Positions 1 through 10,836 of a DNA stretch of 64,000 nt are shown here, piece after piece; position 1 is the first letter of the stretch; every line of letters begins with the position of its first letter. Position numbers and translations under genes: made by a program. The notes under the pieces are model-generated. The model was not told where the DNA came from, did not search any database, and saw only the letters and a list, made by a program, of their open reading frames with translations. The DNA is from Octopus bimaculoides (lineage: Eukaryota): positions 109,628,032-109,692,031 of the forward strand of contig NC_068983.1 in NCBI RefSeq assembly GCF_001194135.2. The letters run 5' to 3'.

Positions 1-1119
1 GTGTTAAAAACATATTTCTTTATATAGATAAAGAAAAATGCAAGCACAATTTACATATATTTTTCTGGGTCATTCAGCAAAATACTTAATTTCAATAAAA
101 ATATTTAAAAAAAAAAATGAAAACTACTTATCAAAAACAATTATATATTCACACATGTAAATATGTACAATAAAAAATCTAAAAGAACAGAATTAATGTG
201 CAAGCTATTCTAAAATTAAATTTGAAACAATCATTAACATCTGTGTAATAAAAACATTGAATAACACTGAAGACATTTCATAATGAACATCATTTTTAAT
301 TACCATGTAATGCTATATTAGTTCCACAAATTTGTTTTGTCACATGAACACATTTTATTTAGTTGTTTTGCCATCTTTCTCATAATTACAACTAGTCGAA
401 TTAATACATCAGCCTTTTGCATGTGCTCATTAGTAGTGTGTTGCTTTATTTACAATAGCTAAATTTAACTAATTATAAATATTTACTAGTTAGACTGGTG
501 GGTAACAATTAACTATTCTAAGATCAGTATACTAGACAGCAGCCAAAATTATGGTGTCCAATAAAGGAGCATTTTTGACATGAGACAATATTCCATTGCA
601 TTAAAAAATGCTTGCTAAAACTTTCTTGATGAACAGCTCCCATGGTATATTTGCTCTTGAGAAGTTTTAAATATAAATTCCAATCAAACTGAAACTATTC
701 TATCACATCAACTGAAACTGCAAAATTGCTGTGACAAGCAGAACAGCAACTATATTTACAATACTAAGCTTGCCTTTTTCTAATGCTAGTTGTTGTTCCA
801 GTTTATCCTGCAAAGTCAGCTCAGAGCCAACATATATTCGTTGATGTTTTAGAAGTGACCATCTTCTGTTTGCATGTCTGAGTGTGTGCATACATGCGCA
901 TGTATGTGTGAAAGTGAGTTATTGGTCAATTTGCCACTAGTCAATTTGTAACAAGTCAATTCATTGTCAACAGCCAATTCAGAAGGGCACCATGTTATTT
1001 CATTCTAATTTTTCAGTACAAACAGAGCACATAAAAAAAAGTAATCATTTCTTAATAATTACAACAAAAACAGCAGTTGAATCATTATTGAAAATTGTTC
1101 CCAGTATATTTTGAGCAGA

Positions 1120-1505
1120 AGTGGAGGTGCAATGGCTCAGTGGTTAGGGCAGCGGACTCCTGGTCATAGAATCGCGGTTTCGATTCCCAGACTGGGCGTT
1201 GTGAGTGTTTATTGAGCGAAAACAGCTAAAGCTCCACGAGGCTCTGGCAGGGGATGGTGGCGAACCCTGCTGTACTCTTCCACCACAACTTTCTCTCACT
1301 CTTACTTCCTGTTTCTGTTGTGCCTGTAATTCAAAGGGTCAGCCTTGTCACACTGTGTCACGCTGAATATCCCCGAGAACTACGTTAAGGGTACACATGT
1401 CTGTGGAGTGCTCAGCCACTTGCACGTTAATTTCACGAGCAGGCTGATCGGATCAACTGGAACCCTCAACGTCATAAACGACAGAGTGCCAAACAACAAC
1501 AACAA
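1120..1505 (+). mobile_element. tRNA-derived SINE, full length, with target-site duplication
   Basis: tRNA-like head (TGGCTCAGTGG A-box, GGTTTCGATTCC B-box), (AAC)n tail, 12-bp direct repeat ATTTTGAGCAGA at 1108-1119 and 1506-1517; a decayed copy of the same family lies at about 51400-51690. Confidence 0.85.
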
Positions 1506-2159
1506 ATTTTGAGCAGATTTTTAAAAGATCATTTAATTCTATTATAAAGAATATTTTGAACACAACTGATTCAAACAAGAGCTAAACTATAAGAAACCAC
1601 ACACACACAAAAAAAGATATACAATGAAATCAACAAGTGCAATTGATATGTAATACACATTACAATTTTGAACAAAATACTAATCTCTTGAAAGAAATTT
1701 ACTTATAATCTCAAGTTTTATTTATCTAAATTTTATAATTAACTTTAGATTTTATTGTCATTTCTTTTATAATCTTGATACATTTTAAGTTATTCATTCT
1801 AAATAGATGAATTTTACTAATTTTTTTTAGAAATTAGATATAGATACAAATACTTTATATAAAAACCACCTCTGTGATGTACATGTTATTTTTCATATGT
1901 TTCTTTGTTTCTTTGTATTCAATAAAATAATGAAGCTGAAGAGAATAGAAATTTTATGAAAGTATGTGGTCCTAATACTTTCACAATTTTTTGTTCTACT
2001 CTACACTTCATTCCAATCTTCATCATTACTCATTTCTTAATATCTACGAAAAGAGGAAGTTAATGTTTTTAATGCTTATTATCCACCATATTTAAGTACT
2101 ATTTAATAACCTGATGGTATTCTTTCTGACATGGATATAAAAGTTACAAATTCACCTCA

Positions 2160-2569
2160 GGCCATATATATATGTGTGTGTGTGTGTATACACACATACA
2201 TATATATGTATACATATATACATACACATATATATTAATATATATACACATACACACATACTTATACATACATATATACATATATATATACACATATATA
2301 TACATACGTATACACATAAACATACATGCATACCTACAAACATACATACATATATATATATACATATAAACACACACAGATATATATAAATATATATATA
2401 TATATATAAACACACACAGATATATATAAATATATANNNNNNNNNNNNNNNNNNNNNNNNNNNNNNNNNNNNNNNNNNNNNNNNNNNNNNNNNNNNNNNN
2501 NNNNNNNNNNNNNNNNNNNNNNNNNNNNNNNNNNNNNNNNNNNNNNNNNNNNNNNNNNNNNNNNNNNNN

Positions 2570-2600
<31 letters not shown>
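2160..2600. repeat. (TA)/(CA)/(TACA) compound microsatellite with assembly gap
   Basis: Alternating purine-pyrimidine repeats flanking an N run at about 2437-2569; source of the YIYI/CVCV pseudo-ORFs. Confidence 0.95.
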
Positions 2601-3476
2601 AGTAGGTGCCCATAAGAAACTGGAATTTTGCAATGTTATTTTATTCACTTAGTTTTATGCTTACACTTTTATAGCCTTCAAAGTGTCATCCATTTGAAGC
2701 AATGTATCAGTCCAGATGTGTTTTCCACTGTTTGAAGCAGTCCTGGAACCCTTGCAAAGTGATACCTTTTAAGGCTTCCATCGTTTTGTTTTACTTCTCT
2801 TCCACATCTGCAAAACGTTTTCCTTTAAGGACTTTTTTCATTCAGGGTTACAAAAAAATGTTGCAGGAAGGAAGATCAAATTCTAACTGCTCTTTCAGTT
2901 CACAACATACATTCAGTTGTGACTGCTTTTGAGCTTCCATGAGCAAGTAAAGCACACATTTTGCTGGAACTCTTTTCATTCAGAATTCCTCACTCAAAAT
3001 TCGTTGGCAGGAACTCCAGGATACACCAGTCAAATCAACAAGTTCGTCCATGAATTTTCATGATGCTTCCCTTTGTTGAAGGGGGTCGATGGTCGCCCTG
3101 AATGAGGTTGGTCTTCAAGCAGCAAGTGACCATTCATAAAGCATAAAAAACACTAATAAACTTGTGTTTGGTTCATGGCAGTGTCTTTGTAAGCTGTTTG
3201 AAACATGACAACTGTTTTGGTTGCTGTTTTCCACCCACAGAAAACAGAATTTCACGGAATCACGTAGTTCCTGTGCTTCAGCCATCACAAAAATAGACAA
3301 ACAGAGGAGAAACACTGCAAAACAAAGATGCACTACATGACAATATGACATCACCCGATGACGCAAGCTGGCAGACTGATGCTTAAGGGCTGTCTCAAGT
3401 GACTTCTATTGGCTGAAACCTGAACAACAATGTGATTATCCTACAGAGAACGTATCCAGTTACTTTTGAGTAGCTC

Positions 3477-3482
<6 letters not shown>
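2597..3482 (-). mobile_element. Decayed mariner-like DNA transposon, internally deleted
   Basis: Minus strand retains a HSGRPST-like helix-turn-helix linker (about 3080-3105); degenerate TIRs at about 2597-2630 and 3448-3482; flanked on both sides by (TA)n. Confidence 0.6.
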
Positions 3483-3558
<76 letters not shown>

Positions 3559-3818
3559 CATACATATATGTATACCTAATAATAATAAAATGTAACAACA
3601 AAAGAATGAGATCTCAATATTATATAAATAGAGGATTATTTATATATGTTATAAATTAGAACACACAGTAGAAAGTTGTCATTACAGTTCTCAGTGTTTC
3701 CAATGCCAGATCAAAGTTCTACGATACATTATCATAGCTCTTCGCTCCGGCATTCGAAACTCTGAGTACTATAAAGACAACCTTTTATTGTTTGTTCTAA
3801 TTTATAACATATATATAT

Positions 3819-3966
3819 AATAAAATGTTTTGAATGGTACAACAATGCACTATAATACAAAAAATGGACTATATACCTGTTGTAATTTAGATAACTAAAT
3901 TACAACAGGTATATAGTCCATTTTTTGTATTATAGTGCATTGTTGTACCATTCAAAACATTTTATT
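3819..3966. repeat. Perfect 72-bp inverted repeat with 4-nt loop
   Basis: 3819-3890 is the exact reverse complement of 3895-3966; loop ATAA. Confidence 0.95.
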
Positions 3967-4011
3967 CTTTACAAACAATACACAATGCTTCAAGCGAACT
4001 ACAATACTCCC

Positions 4012-4050
<39 letters not shown>

Positions 4051-4205
4051 TCTATACTTATGGGTACCTCCCCGTATATATAAACATATATAATATATAA
4101 TATATATATAAACATATATGTATATAAATACACACACACACATATATGTATATAAACATACATATAAACATATATGTATATAAACATACATATAAAAATA
4201 TATGT

Positions 4206-4239
<34 letters not shown>

Positions 4240-4282
4240 GTATATAAACAAATACAGACGTATATATATACATATATATATA

Positions 4283-5569
4283 CAGGGTGCAATGGGTAAA
4301 TTGTTGCCATTTTATATTTTTTATTTTGCACATGTACATTGTTTATTTTTGATTTTGCTGACTACACAGTATAGTAGGGTCAGTTGGGCACCGTCTGTGA
4401 GAAAAATAGCACCATGATGCAATTCACTGCCAGAAATTTCGAAATGACATGCTGTGCTGTTTGGCATTCATGCCAGAAGCTCCAATACAAATATTTCAGA
4501 GTGTTTGGGTGTCGATCTGAGGACAGTGTAGAGGATTTGAAAAGAGTTGGATGAATCTAATAAGGATTACAAATGTATGGCAGCTCAGAAAACTCACTCT
4601 GACTGTTCTGATAAGAAAAGAACTCCTGAATTTGTTGCTGAGATTCATTCCATGATTGACGACGATTCTTTGAAGTCAATCAGGTCTAACGTAAGAGACA
4701 TGAGAGTGTCTGAGATTCTTTTCAGGCAAGTAGTGCATGAAGACATTAGATATTCCTCATACAAGATGAGAAATAGCCAATTTTTATCCCAAGCCATTAA
4801 GAACAAGAGGAATGACTGCACTACAACGCTTTTGAACAAAGTCAAGCATCCCCTCCAACCAAACATGCTTCAGTTTTTCCCAGATGAAAACAATTTCTAC
4901 CAGGATCAAATGATGAACACACAGAACAACCGTTGGTTTGCTGCATCCCCAAGACATGTACCAAGAGTGATAAAAATCAAACATCCAGTCCACATCATGG
5001 TGTTTGGAGTGATCACTAGCGATGTCGACATTATGCCTCAATACATCTCCTCACACTAAACACAGAGGCCTACATGAAGTACCTGGAGGAGACAGTGCTG
5101 CTTTGGGTCAAGAGGGTGACTGATGGAAGACCCTATGTCTAGCTACAGGACTTTGCACGATGCCACACAAGCAGGAGGACCCAGTCATTGCCGTTAGACA
5201 ATTTTTCTTACCACATCACCCCTAACATCTGGCCACCTAACTCCTCAGACTGCAACCCCCTTGATTATTATGTGAGAGGTGCAGTTGAGTGAGAGACCAA
5301 CAAAATTCCTTGTAACACCAAAGATGAACTGAAAGCAAGGATTATGGCAGCATTTGCCAACTTAAACAAGGAGACCATCCAAAAGAGTTGCAGGAGATTC
5401 TGAAGTCATCTGCTGGATGTGGTTGAAGACAATGCCAATTTTATTGAATAAATTTACTCTTTAGTATTTCAAGATATTTTTATATATTTTAGCAAATATA
5501 TCTGCTAAAATGGGATGTCAGTGTTTTCATTTTTGCATAATTTAGACGACAATTTATTCACTGCACTCT
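4283..5569 (+). mobile_element. Tc1/mariner superfamily DD37D (maT) transposon, decayed
   Basis: TIRs CAGGGTGCAATGGGTAAATTGTTGCC and reverse complement AGAGTGCAGTGAATAAATTGTCGTC, in TA context; transposase remnants PDE..F, HPVHIMVFGVITSD, QD..RCH, WPPNSSDCNPLDYY; 37 residues between the 2nd and 3rd Asp; stops and frameshifts present. Confidence 0.9.
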
Positions 5570-5589
5570 CTCTATATATATATATATGC

Positions 5590-5621
<32 letters not shown>

Positions 5622-5674
5622 GCGTGCGCGTGCGCGTGCGCGCGTGTGTGCATGCGTGCACGTGTGTGTGTGTG

Positions 5675-5850
5675 CAGGCATAGCTTTATAGGCATAGCTA
5701 TTTTGTAAGAAGCTTGCTTCTCAGCCACATGGTTCCAGGCTCAGGCCTACCATGTGGCACCTTGGGCAAGTATTTTCTATTATAGCCCCAGACCAACTAA
5801 AGCCTTCCAAGTAGATTTGATAGATGGAAACTGAAAGAAGCCTATTGTAT
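5675..5850 (+). mobile_element. tRNA-derived SINE (short family ending GGAAACTGAAAGAAGCC)
   Basis: Degenerate tRNA head; the same family recurs on the minus strand at about 11085-11165 and 47545-47690. Confidence 0.7.
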
Positions 5851-5870
5851 ATATTTTCTCTTCCTCTCTC

Positions 5871-6735
5871 TTTCTACGAATATGTGTTGTATCATGTAGA
5901 TTCTGAATATACAAAATTTTGCGGGATAAGTGTTTTAGGAGGGGATGGAGATTTCTGAAAATTCACCATAGTCCACTTCAATTTGCCTTCACTTTCAAGA
6001 AAATAGATATTTTTTAATGCAATTGTCTACAAATATACCTCGGACTATGTGGATTCCAAGTACATAGGAATTTTGGGGGAAAACAATTGGAATTTACTTT
6101 AGAGAACTGTTCCCCACTCAAAACAAACAGGCAATGAAGACCTCACCAGAAAACTTGATATGCTAAAAATAACATCTAAAGGCCTTGTACACTGAAATAT
6201 ATTAAGATGACTTATCTGGGATCTAGTATTTCGCATTGTAAATATTTCTAAAGAAAGGCAGAAGACACCAGAAGCAAAAATAAGGAATATACACACACAG
6301 TTAAACATAGAAGTGTAAAGTATAATTTGTTTTATAATCTTTGTAATAAACATGATACTGAATGGAATAAGTCACCCATTTGAACTTTTTCAATTATATG
6401 TGCATGTGTGCGGTAGAAATCTAAGGATGCACAAATGCACAAAACGGAGAAAATGAAACAAATATGGACGACTTGTTCTGAAACAGCCCCAAGAGATAAC
6501 AGTTCTCAAAAATAATCCCCAATTGTTTCCCTCCAAAATTACTATGTCCTTGGAATCTATATAGTCCTTGGTAATATTTGTAGAGAATTTCATTTTAAAA
6601 TATCCATTTTCTTGAAAGTTAAGATGAATTGAAGTGGTCTCTGGTGAATTTTCAGAAATTCCCCACCCCACCCTCCTAAAGCACTTACTCTGAAAAAATT
6701 TTGTATATTCAGGATTTAACACATATTCGTAGAAA
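5871..6735. mobile_element. Non-autonomous element with long (about 240 bp) imperfect terminal inverted repeats
   Basis: 5871-6112 aligns along its length with the reverse complement of 6497-6735 (TTTCTACGAATATGTGTT...GAGAACTGTT); no clear TSD. Confidence 0.7.
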
Positions 6736-6834
6736 ATTTTATTAGAAAATATCCATTTATCTGAAAGTTATGATCATCCAAAGTCGGGGTGGGCAGAAAT
6801 CTGTAGTTATGCCAATTTGTCTACAATATCAAGG

Positions 6835-7068
6835 TCAGCCAAAAGAATGTCTCTGTTCAGGGAAAGAGAGATAGCTGCAGAAAGGGAAGCATGCCAAGAA
6901 ACGAACAGACTGTGCACTACAAAAGTCAGAGCATCTCAAAGTGGTGAACAGAGGTATGCATGACTGACAAGGAATAGGATGTCCACTGCAGAATGAAAAG
7001 CAGTTGCAACAGCTCAGAGAAGCAACTTCTATAAAGCTACTTTCAATTATGATCCAGTAGTTCATTAT

Positions 7069-7070
<2 letters not shown>
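6835..7070 (+). mobile_element. Helitron RepHel N-terminal fragment
   Basis: Charged R/E-rich repeats (AAEREACQETNRL..VRASQSGEQR) followed by ATFNYDPVVHY, resembling the AF.YDP motif of animal Helitron RepHel proteins. Confidence 0.5.
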
Positions 7071-7101
<31 letters not shown>

Positions 7102-7104
7102 CAT

Positions 7105-7420
7105 ATATACACGCATCATTCCCCATTGCAAAAGACCAAGATAGTGTGCCCCCAAAGTTTATTCTGGCTTTCATGTCTTTATGAAGAGCTTTCAATACAA
7201 CTTAACAGATTTTTGAGGGCATCCAAATTTTGACTAGACATTCCAGTCAATAGTATCGAATGACTTACTGAGACTAACAAAACAATGGCAGAAAGCAAAG
7301 CTCTGTTCAATATATATTTTATCTGCAATTGTCTGACTGTGCAGATCATATTATTAGGTGCCTTCTTCCACATAAAAACCATATTGTGACTCTGATATGA
7401 CTCTTGACACTATAAATTTA
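7105..7420 (-). mobile_element. Helitron PIF1-helicase fragment
   Basis: VFMWKKAP..NRALLSAIVLLVS..ILLTG..DALKNLLSCIESS resembles the decayed IIWDEAPM...FGG..VLL.GDFRQ...ACIKSS region. Confidence 0.45.
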
Positions 7421-7499
7421 TTAAGTCATTCCAGAAGGACATGCTAGAACTTTACAGCCAATAATATAAGGAAATTCCCCCAAAATTATGTATATATTG

Positions 7500-7930
7500 G
7501 ATAATACCAATAATGCGTTTTTTTTCAGTTACATGAACTAAAAGTCGGAGTGAGGATGGGATAAACTACCTGCATCACTTGCTGTAAAGGCAGGTAGTGG
7601 TTTTACTCTGTCTTTATTCTTAGTGCAAGTTTTGAAGAGTGCAGTTCAATTTTAACAATTCTTTTTTCAAAGCTATAATGGAAGTGACAAAGGAGCATAT
7701 TCAGTATATTTTACTTTATGAGTTCAATAAAGGCAAAAATGCAATGGAAAGTGCAAGGAATATCTTTACAGTATATGGGGATCAGACAATAAGCGTAAGC
7801 CGATATCAACAGTGGTTCCAGAAATTCCAAGCCGGAAACTATACCCAAGAAGACAAGCTACATTCTGGAAGATCTTTAGAGCTTGCCAAGGATGTCTTGC
7901 AAACCAGGTAGAACAAAATTCCATTGTAAC
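7500..7930 (+). mobile_element. Mariner transposase N-terminal fragment
   Basis: MEVTKEHIQYILLYEFNKG...ARNI..VYG...QQWFQKFQAGNY..EDKLHSGR, a typical mariner HTH domain; truncated. Confidence 0.8.
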
Positions 7931-8219
7931 TCTCTCAACACAGGAATAATATTGAAGTTAAAACATAGCTCTAAGTGAAGTTTGTATTATACAAGAACTA
8001 AATATAAAACTAAATTTATTTCCAAAAATATTGATGACAGGTACCAGAAAAAGTTTTTGAGCTCAACATGGAAAAATACAAATAAACACAACAAAAATTC
8101 AAATAAACAAAATATGTTTCCCAATTAAACAAAATATAAATCTAAATATCATTTCTATCCAAAAAATATAATGTAAAAGAAGCTGTAATAGTAGAGGCTA
8201 CTACAACACATCTTTGTAG

Positions 8220-8451
8220 TTTGGAAGATAATCAAGTAATTGATTCCTTGCTTGGGAATGATAGACTCATTTCATGGGAAACCACTTACAGAATTTCAAA
8301 ACATTTTATCTGTACCAGTTTCATAGGTTATGTATCACAAATTGCAGATAATTATCTGATCATTAATGGCATGGTACCCACTTACTTTGTTCTTCATTGT
8401 ATTGTTATGTCAGCAGTCACATTTAAGCAGCAATTTCAAATCACATGTGAG
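8220..8451 (+). CDS. Candidate coding exon of an unidentified gene (phase 2 to 0)
   Basis: Acceptor catctttgtag, donor GAG|gtgagt, 77 stop-free codons in AT-rich DNA: LEDNQVIDSLLGNDRLISWETTYRISKHFICTSFIGYVSQIADNYLIINGMVPTYFVLHCIVMSAVTFKQQFQITCE. Confidence 0.55.
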
Positions 8452-9702
8452 GTGAGTAATAAAGGAGAATGTTTAGAAATATTAACAACATTTAGAAATG
8501 GATAAGTGAATATTTCAAATTAGTTAAATCATGAATAGATTTCATATATAACGCAATATAGTATATAATTGGTGTTACTGCTTAGCAAATTTGGTATGTA
8601 GTTAAATATGGGACAAGCTCATTCACACATACTCATTGAAACTACATGGTTGCAAACTGAAATTATTGCAAACTGAAATTATTTGAAAAATTTAGAGCAA
8701 ATTAAACATGAAATTCCAAGTTTGTCAATTATGTTACTTGCTAAATTCATATTTTTGGAGCATTTTCAGCAAAGTAAACATGAAATTTTCAGCCACACAG
8801 TTATATGTGTGTCTATTGAAACATGCATGTGCATGCACACACATGAACACACACATACATATATAGGTACTGGGAATTGGTGTTGCATTCCATGTAATGA
8901 GTTCAAACTAGCATAAAAGATATTCATTTAAAATATTTATTCATTTAAAATATGATTGCCACCATTAGCAATAGCATTTTCCCACCTCAAAATCTATTTT
9001 CTGATTTCTTAGGAATCAGAAATGAACATCAGATTAGAAAGGGATATAGGTTTTCACTTTGGATCTCAGATGAGCTTTTGACAGAATACGGCTTATATTT
9101 ACGTATTTATGTGAGTGTGTATGTATGTATGTATGTATGTATGTATGTATGTATGCATGCATGCATACATGCATGTATATATGTATTTGTGTGTGCTCAA
9201 ACATTATGTGATGGTTGTAAAGGAATATTAACTTCATACAAGCAATGTGGTTCATTTCCAGTCTTCTATGAGAAACATATCTGGGAAATATTACCTTGCT
9301 TGGAAACAGGTTATGGTTGGCTGCAAAAGAGTTTTCAGCCATAGAAAGCCTATCTCAACAAATTCCATCTGAACTATGCAAGCATAGAAAAATAGATGTT
9401 CAAACAATGAAGATGATGATGATGATGATGATGATGAATACTCTTATTTATAACTTGCATTGCCTAGGTTCTTAGATAACTTTTAAAAAAGACACTAGTC
9501 GTAATAAAATACTTTTGTCTTCTTCCACCATACCAAATTTGAGATTAATTTTGTTTACAGATAAATTTGTATAATGTCTGCAGGTGAACTTCCAACAAAA
9601 CAAAGTATTAAAACTTTGAATGTAGTGCTTCTCTATCAACAGTATTTTCAATTAATCCACTATGTGGGCTAGTATATATAGGTTATTCCCATTTCTTATA
9701 GT

Positions 9703-9775
9703 TAAACCGTCCATGAACAATTAATCATGGGTGATGTAGATTATCTCATACTATTCTCATATGGGTCCTACTCTG
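9703..9775 (+). other. Candidate exon: alternative start exon (ATG 9727, MGDVDYLILFSYGSYS) or poison exon
   Basis: Acceptor ccccatttcttatag, donor CTG|gtaagt; stops in all three frames upstream of the ATG. Confidence 0.35.
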
Positions 9776-10716
9776 GTAAGTGACCAGTAAAGTAGTTGAT
9801 TACTACTGACAGCAGACTAAAATGAGATATGAAAAAATTATAATATAATGACTATGATGATGCAAAATTATAAAGAAAATCTTATAGCAACAATACTTGG
9901 AACAGTTTCTTCACAATCAAAAACATTGTACACTAATGAAAATTCAACTTTCATACTAATTTTGAATATGCTTCAATTAGCAGAATAACTTGTGAAAAGG
10001 ACAGTAGAGAAGCAAATTCATGTCATGGTATCAAAAAATAGTAAAACAACTAAACTAAATGAAAAGCTGTCTGTGCATGCAAAGCTAAAGCAACCTATAA
10101 TATAAGTAAACTTATAATGCATTTCAATATATTCAGCTGACATCTCGATTAATTAATCAAGAATGTTTTCAGTCGTTTATATGAAACCTCTGTTTCAAAT
10201 CTAGAGCCAGAGGAACTTGTAATATGACAGTGCTTGTGAAAGTAGTAAAATATGAATAAGCAAAATGTAATGCTAATTAATATTCATGAGATGTTCATTC
10301 TAGTCTATCTACTCAAGCTATGCATGCATAAGTGTGGGTGGGTGTGTTTGTGTGTGCGTGCACACAGATGCATGTGCAATAAAAAAAAAACAAATGGAAA
10401 GAGTGGCACCATGCCCCTATGTATTACCCTTTCCTTTATTTGTTTCAGTCATTAGACTACAGCCATGCTGGGGCACTGTCTTTGAATTTTAAGTCAAATA
10501 AATCAACCTCAGTACTTTTCTTTTAAGTCTGGTACTTATTCTATCATTCTTTTTTGCTGAATCACTAAGTTACAGGGACATAAACGTACCAACACAGGTT
10601 GTCAAGCAGCAGGTGGGTGCAAATTCAGACAGAAAGACACACACACATAAATATATTCATATATAAGTTCATCTTTAAACTCCATTCTGTCAACACCTCA
10701 AATGTAAATTTCTTAC

Positions 10717-10836
10717 CTGAAAATGGAGGCTGGTATTATCCGACAATAGAATCAATTTACAATCATTATTTTGGACCACCAAGATCCCAGAAACAACTGC
10801 TGGACTTGTAAAACTCTTATTCAACACCTTTAATTC
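10717..10836 (-). CDS. Weak candidate coding exon
   Basis: Strong donor CAG|gtaaga and 40 open codons (ELKVLNKSFTSPAVVSGILVVQNNDCKLILLSDNTSLHFQ), but a weak acceptor. Confidence 0.2.

Noticed and set aside
703-891. 62-aa ORF ending in a hydrophobic tail, and an internal DKLEQQLALEK exon candidate
   Set aside because: The acceptor for the full ORF is weak, the small exon needs a GC or weak donor, and there is no recognisable homology or verified partner exon.
1120-1200. tRNA-like sequences here and at 22571-22620
   Set aside because: They lack a complete acceptor stem and run into SINE bodies; called as SINE heads, not tRNA genes.
3740-3775. GAAAC-TCTGA-GTA resembling hammerhead helix III
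   Set aside because: No CTGANGA box upstream, so no ribozyme is called.
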